A stretch of DNA of 63,011 bases, filler included, from Porpidia crustulata (GCA_964255105.1; 10 parts of 10 records of this genome joined end to end with filler, not necessarily neighbours in it); one strand, 5' to 3'; counted from the whole stretch's first letter, positions 26,619-38,859 are shown. Numbers and translations are program-made. Notes: generated by a model from the sequence alone, not told the origin.

Positions 26619-26644
26619 CTAGGGCTGCTAGCGCATCGCCCTAG
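26619..26644. promoter_or_regulatory. Inverted CTAGGGC/GCCCTAG pair in the RPL18 promoter (Tbf1-like ribosomal protein gene element)
   Basis: ctagggc-N12-gccctag lies ~90-110 bp upstream of the RPL18 ATG and resembles the TAGGG-type motifs known from ascomycete ribosomal protein promoters. Confidence 0.5.
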
Positions 26645-26779
26645 CACACGACGACAGCGCGTCCGAAATATCAATCAGGACGCATTCATCACGCATAGTA
26701 AATGCTTTTTGTAACGTTCTTCGGGTAGTCCATACTGATGGAACTCCAAATTTTTATGTTTTAGCGTTACAAATTTTCT

Positions 26780-28410
26780 TCAAGTGTCCAAAGCCAGCCT
26801 CTGGTGCTTCCATGATTTTCTTCCAGTCCCATATTCCCCAGCGACCTGTCCATTGCCATTGATCAAATACTTGTATATCATCAGACCCTCTAATCCCACC
26901 GGACCCCGCGCATGGATCTTATTTGTACTAATTCCCACTTCTGTCCCAAACCCGAACCGCATTCCGTCAGCCATGCGCGTGCTAGTATTCCAAAAAACAC
27001 AAGCGCTATCAACTCCTGATTGAAATCGGTGCGCTGATTCTCTCGAAGTGGTGAGTATAGCATCGGTATGTTTTGATGAATGTGCGTTTATATGAGCAAT
27101 GGCCAGGTCAACAGCTTGCACTGGTGAAGGTGTAGAAGGAATGGTTTTGATGGCAAGGATAGGAGAGAGAAATTCGGTGGTATAGTCTTCTTCGGCAGAG
27201 GATTGGAGAATAGTAGATTGGTGCTTTGGGAGGGTGGTGGTCAAGGCAGCCTTGGACCGTGCGTCGCACCGGAGGGAAACACCTTGTTCCAAGAGCGCCG
27301 ATATTACACTTGTGCCTATGGATTCAAGTGCGGCTTCGTCAACAAGTAAGGTCTCAACAGCATTGCAGGCTGCAGGATAGCCGAGCTTAGCGTCTAATAT
27401 TACTTTTACACACATCGCAGTGTCGGCATCGGCTCGAATGTAGATGCTACATAGACCATCAGCATGGCCAAGGACAGGTATTCGAGTGCTATTTTTGATA
27501 TAGCGCACAAGCTCATTTGAGCCACGGGGAATGACAAGGTCGATGTATCTGTCCAGATCGAGTAGGGCAGGAACGACGTCACGTGTTGTGAGAAGTTGAA
27601 TGGAGGCATTAGGAACAGCAGTTTCTGTCAATGCCGAAGAGATGACGGTCGATATTGCTTTGAATGATTCTGTTGACTCTTTGCCGCCTGAGGATTGTAA
27701 GGATCATATTGGAGACTCCTCCGCAGTGTGTTTACATACCTTTGAGGATAGCAGCATTTCCTGATTTGATGGCCAGCGAAGCTATATTTGCAATGACCTC
27801 TGGACGTGCCTCAAATATTATAAGTAGAACTCCAATTGGGCAGCTGACTCTTTCTAGGTCAAGACCGTCATCTAATTTTGTTTTGAGGGTAATTTTTCCA
27901 ACTTGGTTTGTACAGGGTCTCTGGAAGTCATGCACCACAGTCATAAACGCTCTTCGTGATAGCACTTATCGAGCGATACAAGAGACTTGGAGAGGGTCTT
28001 AGCATCGAAGTCTCAGACTACCCCGAGGGACTGTGGTGCAGAGCTTCTCAATGACCCGGAGTACATCTAGTCAGCCTTCGCATGACCTGCCGCTTTCACA
28101 AGTCCTCACCAGGATCCTCAAGGTCCCGAACATCTAATATGCCTTGGAGCATGTCTTCCCACTTGCCCTTCCTTCCTAAATCTAATCTTTGGAGCACACT
28201 TTGACTTAGCTCCCCATTTTCGGCAGCTTTGATAGCTAGTTCTAGATCTCTTGTATTTGCAGCCAGAATATTCTCTTTCGATCTGGTCAGCGCATCATGT
28301 ATTACAGTAAGCGCACTATTTCGTGCTTCTTTTGGTAATATCGCAAGGCTTTTAGATGAAGCAGAGGCAGCTTTAGCAACCTCAAATGCGGAGGAATTTG
28401 AGAGAGACAT
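26780..28410 (-). CDS. PRO2: Gamma-glutamyl phosphate reductase (proline biosynthesis)
   Basis: [86 protein letters not shown]. Introns at 28109-27902 and ~27739-27690. Confidence 0.96.
27909..28065 (-). ncRNA. Structured intronic RNA element between branch point and 3' splice site of PRO2 intron 1
   Basis: Nested inverted repeats: tgtac/gtaca, gggtc/gaccc, gaag/cttc and a perfect 12-bp tgcaccacagtc/gactgtggtgca, with inner arms cgctc/gagcg, gata/tatc and gagactt/aagtctc. Confidence 0.6.
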
Positions 28411-28944
28411 TGCGTGCGTGGAAAATTGCCAGTAATGCAAAATGATTGTAGAAAAGTGATACGTGGAGTAAGGTACCTTAGCTTCACATGCAAGACGTAA
28501 AGGATCAGACCATTATGCCACCTACGTAGCCTACGCAGAATGATCTAGCATGCCACAAAGATCATACATTGTCTTCATGTGAGTGTATCCAGGCTTTTCT
28601 CCACCTCGATGTCACTTTCTAATAAGTCACTGCCTATCGAGTTCCTTTCTAACGAAACACACAGAGATAGTTTTCAGTTGTCTTAAGGATAATATGTTTG
28701 GCCTCCTACATTAGCGCCAACAAATTGAGACAATCTACATGGTATATTGGTCATGGACATATAATCGGACCACTACTCTATCACCAGATTGCCAAGCTGA
28801 TCGGCCGGGTAAGGCTCAGCGCACCAGCGAAGAAGCTAGTAGTCGAGCTGTCACATTAATAGATGTTTCTCAATAGATCATCGAGGTCTTGACAACCAGC
28901 AGGCTGGAGCTGCTTGGTTGGGCACAGTAAATTACAGCGCAATT

Positions 28945-30768
28945 ATGGATGCGATTTTGCCCCAGCTTCTCTCTTTCCCTCAGCACCCGCCGCCAATGAT
29001 ACCAATACCAAACGCTCAATACGACAAACAAATCAAGAACGTGGTACAATTGCTAAATAAAACTCCTGCAAGTCAGCTTACAGCTGACATTCCTGGCCGT
29101 GGTGATCTTCTAAACGTACGCCGCCAAGTAGACAACTTATATCATCATGAGTTGTTGAAGCCTTGTACTTACTGAGCTCGAAGCTAAGTAAGCTAACGTC
29201 TAGACTTTACCAGATCATAGATCCAAGCATCAATACGCTCCCGTTCCTCTATGCCCTTCTTGCTCATTTCAATGGCATTCAGAATGGGAAGCAGACTATC
29301 GAAAGTCAAGCTAAGCTGGCCGTGCCAGGCGGAGCGTTATGGGCAAAAATGGAACATTTCATGGAACACTTTGATCCAATACAAATCAGATATGCTGGAA
29401 ATTTGTTCACACGCCTAGTCAAGACTATAGCCAAAGCTGCAAGAAATACATCTCAGGTTGGTTCCTTTACTCGTATCCCGATACAGCTTTGTATCTAAAC
29501 AGCAGTCCTGCAGCCTTTGTCGGTAATAAACCCTATCCGGTCTGCAATCCTTCGCCTCGATCCAACAGGCTCAACCTTTACCTCCTCACATCATGTATTC
29601 GCCTATATTTGCATAAGCGCTTGTGCGTGGCATCCTGCATTACCAGTACTCGATAGAGACATATTTCATTACCCCGCCGTCTTAACAAAGGCAGCCTCCA
29701 TTCCGTCCACTCGGTTGGCATGTTCTGAGCATGACAATAGCTCAACGTTTATCACCATAATTTCAGGGTTGACAGAGAAGTCAGAATATCAGGCACACAT
29801 GGAATACTATCTTCATGGCGCGATGCTCTACATGCTGTCCAAGAATTGGGAGCGAGCGCAGCTCTTTTTGGAACACATCCTTGTCTGGCCTATCGCTAGC
29901 GTACCTAGTATGATACAAGTGACAGCGTACAAGAAGTGGGTGCTTGTGAATCTCTTATTGAGTGGCCAGGTGAGTACAAACGTACCTGACACGAGTGATC
30001 TATCCGCAAATATTTAACAGATCAATTTCTAGCCACAATCAATGCCAAAAACTGTGCACGGCCAAGCTGCCAAATTCTTCCGAAGTCTTGCCAAGGCGTA
30101 CGATAATCTCGCCGACGTCTTTAATGATGGGATATCCAACGAATTGACCGCGAAAAGATTAAGAGCCGAGGTTGACGCAGCTCAAGCCATTTTCAAAGAA
30201 GTATGTTTGCCTTTAGCGTGAACCACCTCGGTTTTTATATTTCTGGTTGTAGCCAATTGACTTATTGACATTTACCAAGGACGACAACATGGGACTCGTC
30301 AAGCAGGTTATGGGTGCTTTCCGCCGGTTCTCTATATCGAAAATGGGGCAAGCCTATGCGGCTCTAAGCATAGAGATCGTAGCCAATCGAACATCTGACA
30401 ATCCCAAGGATTATCATGGAACCGCACGTTATATCGCGTCAATGATTTCGGAAGGCCAGCTCAACGCTACCCTTGCACCCGCAGATGATATTCGACGTTC
30501 GGTCCTACGCTTCCCAATGGGGCCTCCAGCGCGCTCGGAAGGGCAGATGAATGAAGACCTTCAGAAGCAACTCACTCGAACCGAAGTACTGACGAGTCAC
30601 GTCAGAGAGATCGATCGGAAGCTAGGACTCCGCAAGGAGTACATTGAGTGGGCCAAGAAAGCGGAGAAGAATAAGGAGATGGGTCCTAACGGAGAGATCG
30701 ATCCAAATCCTTTCCCGGCTCCAGATATATTTGGCGTGGACGACGAAGACGTGATGGGAGGTATCTGA
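28945..30768 (+). CDS. COP9 signalosome subunit 3-like PCI-domain protein
   Basis: FDPIQIRYAG, AILRLDPTGSTFTSSH, YYLHGAMLY, AYKKWVLVNLL, DDNMGLVKQV and MISEGQLNATL motifs; four introns. Confidence 0.85.
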
Positions 30769-30947
30769 CTTGATCGATTGTGAACTGGCATGCAGGGCGT
30801 TGGCGATGATGAAGGGATGAGGAGCTCATAAGGCATGAACCATGATGTGCATAGCATTGGAGTTTTCGGATACAAGAGCTCATGTCTTGGGGGCATAGGT
30901 AGTTGTACATGAAAGTATTCAAAGTCGTAAGACTAAGATAAGATATA

Positions 30948-31131
30948 CACAGTATCCGGGGTATTAATTATTAATACCAACACTCGCTAGCATTAGTGAC
31001 GACGATCCTCTTACTTTGAACAGCTAGCTGATTACCTCTTGTGACGCTCCAGACCTTATTTCGGTTAGAGACTGTCTAGAATCTTCTTCTGTATAGGTTA
31101 TGTACTAACAATTAATACCCCGGATACTGTG
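30948..31131. mobile_element. 184-bp MITE (Tc1/mariner-pogo type non-autonomous element)
   Basis: 30-bp terminal inverted repeats (cacagtatccggggtattaattattaatac vs reverse complement of right end cacagtatccggggtattaattgttagtac), flanked on both sides by TA (30946-47 and 31132-33). No coding capacity. Confidence 0.85.
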
Positions 31132-31391
31132 TATTCCTCCGAGTAGCCATTCTACCGGGATTAACTCTCCAAGCGCTGAGCTGATTCTGATTGGTCAATT
31201 ATTGTCAGTCACGTGCTACTTCTTAGCCACTAATCTGTGCAGACGCATCATCGCTTCTCTTATACACTCTGGTTTCTTAACGACATAAATTGAACCTTCT
31301 GAAAACAAAACACCTCGGCTCGGAGGAATCACAAAGCGCATACAAACTCTCATAGTCCTATACAAAGCCTGATCCGATACGTTTCACCATC

Positions 31392-31530
31392 ATGCTCCGA
31401 AAGATTGCCGCCACCGCACCCCGCGCGGCCAGCAGAATCCTATCCACCACCGCCAGACCGGCCATCATCTCACCAATCCACATCACAGCACCTGTCACCG
31501 TCTCAGCAAGGAGGAGCTATCATGAAAAAG
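31392..31530 (+). CDS. ISU1: Mitochondrial Fe-S cluster scaffold Isu1, first exon only
   Basis: Arg/Ala/Ser-rich presequence MLRKIAATAPRAASRILSTTARP...RRSYHEK. YHEK is the conserved start of the mature IscU domain. Confidence 0.7.
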
Positions 31531-31643
31531 ATAAGTTTTAACCNNNNNNNNNNNNNNNNNNNNNNNNNNNNNNNNNNNNNNNNNNNNTTAATTAATTAAN
31601 NNNNNNNNNNNNNNNNNNNNNNNNNNNNNNNNNNNNNNNNNNN

Positions 31644-34232
31644 GCTATCGGACATGGCCCCGCTGTTTTCCTTTTCCTCGCTCGGACTGCCCATGTAGCT
31701 GCGGGCGCGCTGGTACCCGAGTTCGCGGCTGTCGGACATGGCGCTGCTGTATCTTTCCATGCCCGGGTGTTGGGGTTCGTGGCTGGCGGCGCTGCCGTTT
31801 AGGCTGCTGTCGCGGTAGATGCCGGCTCCGTCCGCGCCGACGTCCGTGGCGTGCGAAGGCGGTGGGCTGCCGCTGCTGTTCGCACGGACGGCTCTCGCTA
31901 ATTCCCGCTTTAATCGCTCAATCTCCCGTCCCTGCTTCGCGACCGTTTGCTCTGCGGCCTCGGCATCGCTTCGTGCACGCACTAGCTGCGTCTCTTTAGC
32001 TTTTATACTAAGCATGTCGCGAGTGTGGTCTTCTATAAGCTGGGCATTCTGATTTTGGAGCTCGGTAATCTGCGAGCTGAATTTGGTTTTATCGGAGCGG
32101 AGATCGTCGATTGTGCGATTGAGACGTTCTTTATCTGTACGGAGATCATCAAGCTCGGCGCGGTCAGAGGTGGAGATACCAGGGGCTGGAGCAGGGGGAA
32201 GGAGTTCGGAGGAGGCGGGAGCGGGTTTGCCAAGGGGTCGGCCGGCAAGGCCACGATTGAGTTTGGGAGCAGGAGTGACGTCATCGTCGTAGGTGGGTGA
32301 GGTAATGTTGCGTCGAGGAGACGGCGCTGCTCCGCCACCAGGGCCTGTGAGTTTCTTCTTTAGGCCGATAGGTGCATTCGAACCGGGTTTTGGTAGACTC
32401 CCGAGCTTCGAGGGTATACTCCGGCCTGCTGCCGGCTTCGATTGTGCTGGAAGTTCTTCGGATTGAGGAGTGGATGCTCGGGGAGGTACTTTTTTCAGAC
32501 CCGTTGCAGGTTTCTTAGTAGTCATTTTCTTCTGTGGGGGAAGTGCGACTTTAGGCGGCAGTGCGACGGGTTTTGGCTTGTCCTTTGCTTTTACCTCTGC
32601 TACATCAAAATGTTCTTTGATTTTGGTTTTTCGAATGTCGTCTAGACCCTCGAGATATGGTCCCATTGCCCGTTCACCCATAATCTTCATCAACGTGCCT
32701 AATATCTCAGCACCTCCTGATCTGGTACTTTCACTGGATTCCGTAAGAAGTTTAGTAGCTGCATCGGCCATGGATTTGGTTTCGGGCTTCGAAGGCGCTT
32801 CTCTCGTGGTCTTGAGACAACGAATCAAAAATTTCAAAGTTTCTTGTTTGACCTGTGGGTTCTTATGCTTCAAGAATTCAAGAATATCTTCCAGACACTC
32901 GGAAAGGCCTGTCGACATGAAAACGGCGTTCATAGCTGCTCCTAGTGCATCCGAAACCGATTGCTTCTTTTCCTTGAGCTTTTCCATCATGGGTCCCATA
33001 ACTCTCCCTCTGTATTTCCCAAATGACCGTCGTAAGCCTTTTGAAAGAACCTCCACGCAATTTGCAGCTACTGTCACTACAGCAACATTTGCGTCCTTCA
33101 TACTCTTTGCTAATGCCTGGACTACATCGTCAAAATGGCCGTCTTTGATACGATCCACGTTTGCAGCAGCAAACAAGACATCTAGCGCATCTTTTCGATC
33201 TTTCCATTTCGTCGACGCCATTTGATCGTTGAAGTTCTCCGGGACCTTGCTAATGACGTCCACAGGCTCAGCCAGATCAAACGTATCAACCTCAGCTGGT
33301 TCTGTTTCCGCTTCCTCCTCTTCGTCTCCGTCGTCATCGTTGACCCCCTGAGCCTCTGAAGCAGCTACCGCGGCTTGCTGTGACCGTAGTAATCTTTCCT
33401 GTTTTGGCGCAGGCTCTTGCTTTACTCCTTCAAATAGCTTCTCCAGGTCTTGCTGCTGCACTGGCTTGAGTTCGTTCCAGAATAATGTTTTCATCGCTTC
33501 CCGCAGCCATCGATAGAGCTCAACAGCAAGACTCGAGGATTCTGCGCGTACATTTTTATCGGCATGGCCAAAGACTTTGGGTAGAGCTTTCAGGACCGGC
33601 TTCGGGTCAATGACTTTTATTCCATACGCGTGTACCGAAGTCGTGAGTGCCGCCAGAGCTGCCGCAATGACTTTCGGCTGCTTATTGCCTAGTGATGATA
33701 AGAGATCCTCAATTATAGGGTCTGCTTTATCCAGTTCGATATACAGAAGTATGGCCTCGATAGCGCTCTGTTTAATAGCTGCTCTGGTAGATGTGAGGCC
33801 TTTCTCCACAATGGGCGTGATGGTTTGATTCCGTGATCTACAGAGACCTGTTAACTGCTTTCTCAGTGCCAAGAGCACTCAGTACCCGGTAGCATCATAC
33901 CTTTTGCATGCTTCAACACCACCGAATTTCAGGAATGCGCACAACGCGTTGATTCCATCCTGTAGCGCTGCTACGTTGGCGTCCGAAACTGCCCCTTTCC
34001 AGAGCCCAGCGTCCAGCATAAATGGTCTAAACACCGGATCAGACTCATCTGGTGTAGTCTCGAATGCTTTCGCGGAATCCTCGTAGGCTTGCTTCCTGAC
34101 TTTCCAATTCTATCTCGAACATTAGTAAAATCTCATTTGATTGAAATACCAGAAGCCTGCAGAATGGCACACCTTGTGCACAAAACGATCTGACAAAGGC
34201 AAAGAACTGAAGTCCTCTTCCTGCTCCGCCAT
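31644..34232 (-). CDS. STU2: XMAP215/Dis1 family TOG-domain microtubule polymerase (3'-truncated)
   Basis: MAEQEEDFSSLPLSDRFVHK|NWKVRK, two TOG domains (STKWKDRKDAL, KLKEKK, KHKNPQVK), basic linker and coiled coil. Confidence 0.93.
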
Positions 34233-34820
34233 ACTTTCAAATACCGTAGTATTCAAGTTCGGTCCTCACGTTGTGTAATGCGAGGCGCCGCCAATGGTGT
34301 TGATGGAAGGACCAGAGTACGGAAAGCCGCGTAATCTGAGAAAGAATTGGTATTCACTATACTTCCCGTTGGAAGGGTGCGCGTGACAAGATGGGTTCTT
34401 TCTCGAGATTGTTGCGACATGGATACCTGGCTCGAGTCGGTATTGAGACATAGAATTGAGGTTTGTGATTTTGTCAACATTGACGCAAGAAGTCTTGGCG
34501 TGCATCTGCAGCGCGACGGCGGCCGTTCCGCTCTTTGAGCACCATCCGCCCTTTGGCAGGAAAGATTCTAAGATATATAATTCTAAGAGCTTTTCTTTAC
34601 CCATTTACCTGCGAACCAAGAGCGCCCCTCACTCAACGATACAAAGAGCGGTAGAAACACGAGGTTTAATCTATCCAGGACCAGCGTTGGAGCTGTGAAT
34701 GTCGTTTTCGGGGCAAATTCAAGACAAAATATTCTGCTTATAAGATATCCGCCCTTCAAATCTGAGAGAGGAGCGAGGGTGTAAGACGGTAATAGCGCGG
34801 ATGCGGACTCTACTCCAACT

Positions 34821-36303
34821 ATGAGCCAGCTTCTTACGACACGGCAAGCCGAGGAGCTGTGAGTAAGCATGCCAAATATTATCATCCTTGTACGAAGGCT
34901 TACCATATTCGCAGCCACAAATCAATCATTGCTTATTTGAATTCGTCGAATCTTTCCGCAAGCGCTACAGCCATACGCCAAGAGCTTGGGATTGGAGATG
35001 AATTCGACGAAACTACAAGCAAAAAGTACGAAGGGGTGCTGGAAAAGAAATGGACGAGCGTGGTCAGATTACAAAAGAAGGTAGTCAAGATGTTTGTATC
35101 CAAGGCAAGCTCATCCTGACTCTTGCATAAATGTAGATAATGGAACTGGAATCTCGTAATACGGCTCTCCAGTCAGAGCTTGATTCAGCCACTCCCACTT
35201 CACTATCACGGCGAAATCAGGACCCTGCATCATGGCTTCCTCGCTCACCTGCCCGCCATACCTTACAGTCACATCGTGGGCCCGTCAATTGTATCGCCTT
35301 CCACCCCATATTCTCCTCCCTGGCTTCCGGGTCGGAAGATGCGACGCTCAAGATATGGGACTGGGAGTTGGCGGAGCTCGAAAGAACTCTCAAAGGCCAC
35401 ACTAAAGCTGTTCTCGATTGTGACTATGGCGGCCCTCGTGGCGGCACTTTGCTCGCCTCGTGCTCCTCCGATCTGACCATCAAACTGTGGGATCCCTCGG
35501 ATGACTACAAGAACATTCGCACACTTCCCGGTCATGACCATTCCGTTTCGGCAGTTCGCTTTGTTCCTTCCGGCGCAGCTGGCGCGCCAGCTTCTGGTAA
35601 TCTCCTGGTCTCTGCTTCTCGGGACAAATCGCTGCGCATTTGGGATGTGACTACAGGATACTGCGTCAAGACGCTACGTGGTCATGCAGATTGGGTGCGC
35701 GACGTAGCTCCTAGTTTCGACGGTCGATGGCTTGTTTCTGCCGGCACCGATCAAACGGCAAGATTATGGGACGCCAGCTCAGGGGAAGCGAAAGCAACAT
35801 TTCTAGGTCACGAGAATGCAATCGAATGCTGCACGTTTGCACCGGCTGCTTCCTATGTCCACTTAGCCGCAATGGCCGGGCTCAAGAAGCCGCCCGCTTC
35901 AAGCAGTTCTGGGGAATTTTTGGCGACTGGGTCGAGGGATAAACATATCAAGCTCTGGGACTCCAGAGGGACCTTGATAAAAACGCTAATTGGCCATGAC
36001 AATTGGATTCGCGGATTAGTATTTCATCCCGGTGGGAAATATCTTCTCAGTGTGAGCGATGACAAGTCGTTGCGTTGCTGGGATCTAGCCCAAGAAGGGA
36101 AATGTGTCAAGACGCTCGGCGATACCCATGAGCACTTTGTGAGCTGTATCAGGTGGGCTCCAAGCGTGATAAAAGTCCCTACAGTACCCAATGGCGATAC
36201 CAATGGTGGAAGTAAGGAAGATGGCTCCGCGGCTAAAGAGAGCATTAAGTGTGTAGTGGCAACGGGCAGCGTGGATCAAATGGTTAGGGTATTTGCTTCA
36301 TAG
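34821..36303 (+). CDS. nudF: Dynein regulator LIS1/NudF/Pac1
   Basis: LisH motif ([17 protein letters not shown]), [19 protein letters not shown] coiled coil, then WD40 repeats. Two introns. Confidence 0.96.
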
Positions 36304-36555
36304 ATTCCCACACAGCTTTGTATGCAAGCAGCAATGGCTAAATGCTTGTACGACCAGAACGAATTCATATGCAAAATCAAATATTCTCCCTGTCGTGGCT
36401 GTCTACTTGTCTACCTGTAGCGCACTCCTGAGGCGGAATTTTAGGTTGCTATCGATAAGACCATACTAGTGCGCGTCATTTGAGATGTATCTATATCATA
36501 ATGAACTTCATAATCATAGCGCGATATTGTAGAGCTCATTGTCTATCCATCCTAC

Positions 36556-37864
36556 ATGCCCTGGAACAGTTTCGTGACTTCAAATATTTGTGCGCACAGT
36601 CTTTACAAACAGTTCCGACTGTTCAGTCCTTCTCTTAAACGCTACGATGCCTCAAGAACCTACAGTTCCCCATCGGCTTTGCCACATCAGGCATGCCAGC
36701 CATCAACATTTCAAGATGAGGTAGAAGCCCAGATCGCGGAAGAAGATGTAGAGACAGCAGAAGAACAAAGAGCGATGTCTAGGCGACTGGCAGAGATGAC
36801 GGATGAGGTCATTGCACAAGGTGGACGAAGTGCCCAAAAAGCGGTTGAGGAGTCTGGTTTTTCTGAGACCTTGAAGGCACAATTGGAACAGAGGATCCTT
36901 GACAGTAAATTCAAGAGCGACAATCCTGCTGCTTTTTCGCAAATAAATATGCCAGTACGCTAGGGCTTCGCTCTGTAAAATCTCAATCTAACATTTACGC
37001 AGACAAGTGCAGGCGAAGGATCCCAAACAATTGCGAGGGCTCAGCCGTGGGCAGGCAATGAAAGCTTAGAAGATGCAACTCTAAGGATGTTAAATGATGC
37101 TCATAAGCCTCTCCGTGGTACTAGGCCCCCAAAGATCCCCACACCAAGAGGTCTTCCCATGTCCGTTGATATGCGGATGAAAAAAGCTGTACAAAAGTCT
37201 CAAGGTCACCAACTTGCGAACGCTCGTGATCGTACTTCAATATATGTTCTCAGCCAGGATCCGAATTTATCGGAGCGGGAGAAGGAACAAATGCGCAAGC
37301 AGCTTAAGGAGCGATTTACACCTGGTGCTCGTCCGATGCCGACCTCGGTACAGGGTCTGGCTGCTCTGGCCAACGAACGAATCGAAGATGCAATTGCTAG
37401 GGGGCAGTTCAAGAACATCCCACGAGGGAAAGGCACAAATATCGAGAGGGATTACACGGCCAGCAGTCCATTCCTAGATACAACAGAGTACTTCATGAAT
37501 AAAATTATCCAAAAACAGGAAATCGTGCCGCCGTGGATTGAAAAGCAGCAAGAGCTCGTTAAAGCCGCGCGAACTTTTCGAGCCAGGCTACGTAACGACT
37601 GGAAAAGACATGCTGCACGAATGATTGCGAGCAAAGGAGGGTCACTCGAAGCACAGGTCAAACGAGCGGAAGCCTACGCTGCAGCCGAGGCGGCCAACAA
37701 CCCAAGAACGCCAAAATTCGAAGCAGTGACTAAGATCGACGTCAATGGCAGAATCTCACAGCTTGCAGTAACGGAGACGCCCACCCCTCAAAGCTCCGCC
37801 GAAGATGCCCAAATCACCATCTCCGAAGCTCCCGCTTCTGCTCCTCCCCAAGTAGCCCCATCAC
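36556..37864 (+). CDS. DnaJC28-like conserved domain (DUF1992) protein, likely mitochondrial (3'-truncated)
   Basis: LANERIEDAIARGQFKNIPRGKG...DTTEYFMNKIIQKQEIVPPWIEKQQEL; intron at ~36955-37002. Confidence 0.8.
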
Positions 37865-38859
37865 NNNNNNNNNNNNNNNNNNNNNNNNNNNNNNNNNNNN
37901 NNNNNNNNTTAATTAATTAANNNNNNNNNNNNNNNNNNNNNNNNNNNNNNNNNNNNNNNNNNNNCCACCACTCCCTCCCGACACTCTTCAAGCCCGTCGC
38001 AACGATCCAACCGCGCCGAATGAAGCGCGATTTTCTTCTCCAGAAGATGCTGTTATTTGCATCCACATCCCCCCCTTCCCCAATTCCTCGCACATCCACG
38101 AACCCACTACACGCTCCTAAGATGTTTTTCGCCGCGAGCTGCGGTAGACCTCAAACACCGTAGAGAAATGATGAACGAAAGTACAGATGAGCGTGGGTAT
38201 CCAGAAAAAACCCAATGGTCGAAATTCGAAATCGAAATTGAGCAATGCCAAGATAGGTCAAAAGTAATCGAAATAAATCAGAATCCCAAACCTCAAGACC
38301 TCCAACATTTACACTGCTAGAAGCAAAGCTATCACACTCAACCGCACCACGCCCATCTCCCACCCCAACCACTCACATTACCTTTCTTCAATTTTTCAAT
38401 TTTTCTTCTTTTTGCACAAACACTCAATCTTCCACTCTATACCACATCTGGGAGCACTGCTTCAATGTCCAGCTTTCCTCATCACTTCAAGTTCCCGTTC
38501 AACTCTTCGTCACCACCATATCAGTGTCACGCTCGTCGATGAGGATATTTCGGCGAGTAAACGGGAAGAGGTTGAATCGATTAGATGGCTTTGGATGGTT
38601 TTTTACAAGTTTGATGGTTGGGAGGGAATAGTCAGACATGACGGGTTCATCTTCTTTTCACGGTTCGAAGATTTTTTACTGAAACTAGTTCATCTTGTTC
38701 TTGTACTTGTAGTGCTTTATATACGAGACTTATCATAGAACGATCAATATTTCCGCCATTATTACACATGTCGTCAACCACCCAAACCCACCTAAATCTC
38801 TCCTCAAACCCCCTTTTCCAAAATCCTCGTCACCCAGCTGCAATGCACACCCTCACACG

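Noticed and set aside
27909..28065. PRO2 intron element as a TPP riboswitch or canonical snoRNA
   Set aside because: It contains CTGAGA but lacks the downstream TPP consensus (CCTGAT...GATAATNCCAGCG). There is no clear C/D box pair or two-hairpin H/ACA layout, and the host gene is not thiamine-related.
32025..33828. Long antisense ORFs opposite STU2 (and similar ones opposite NUP159 and SDA1)
   Set aside because: Shadow ORFs arising from the codon bias of the real genes.
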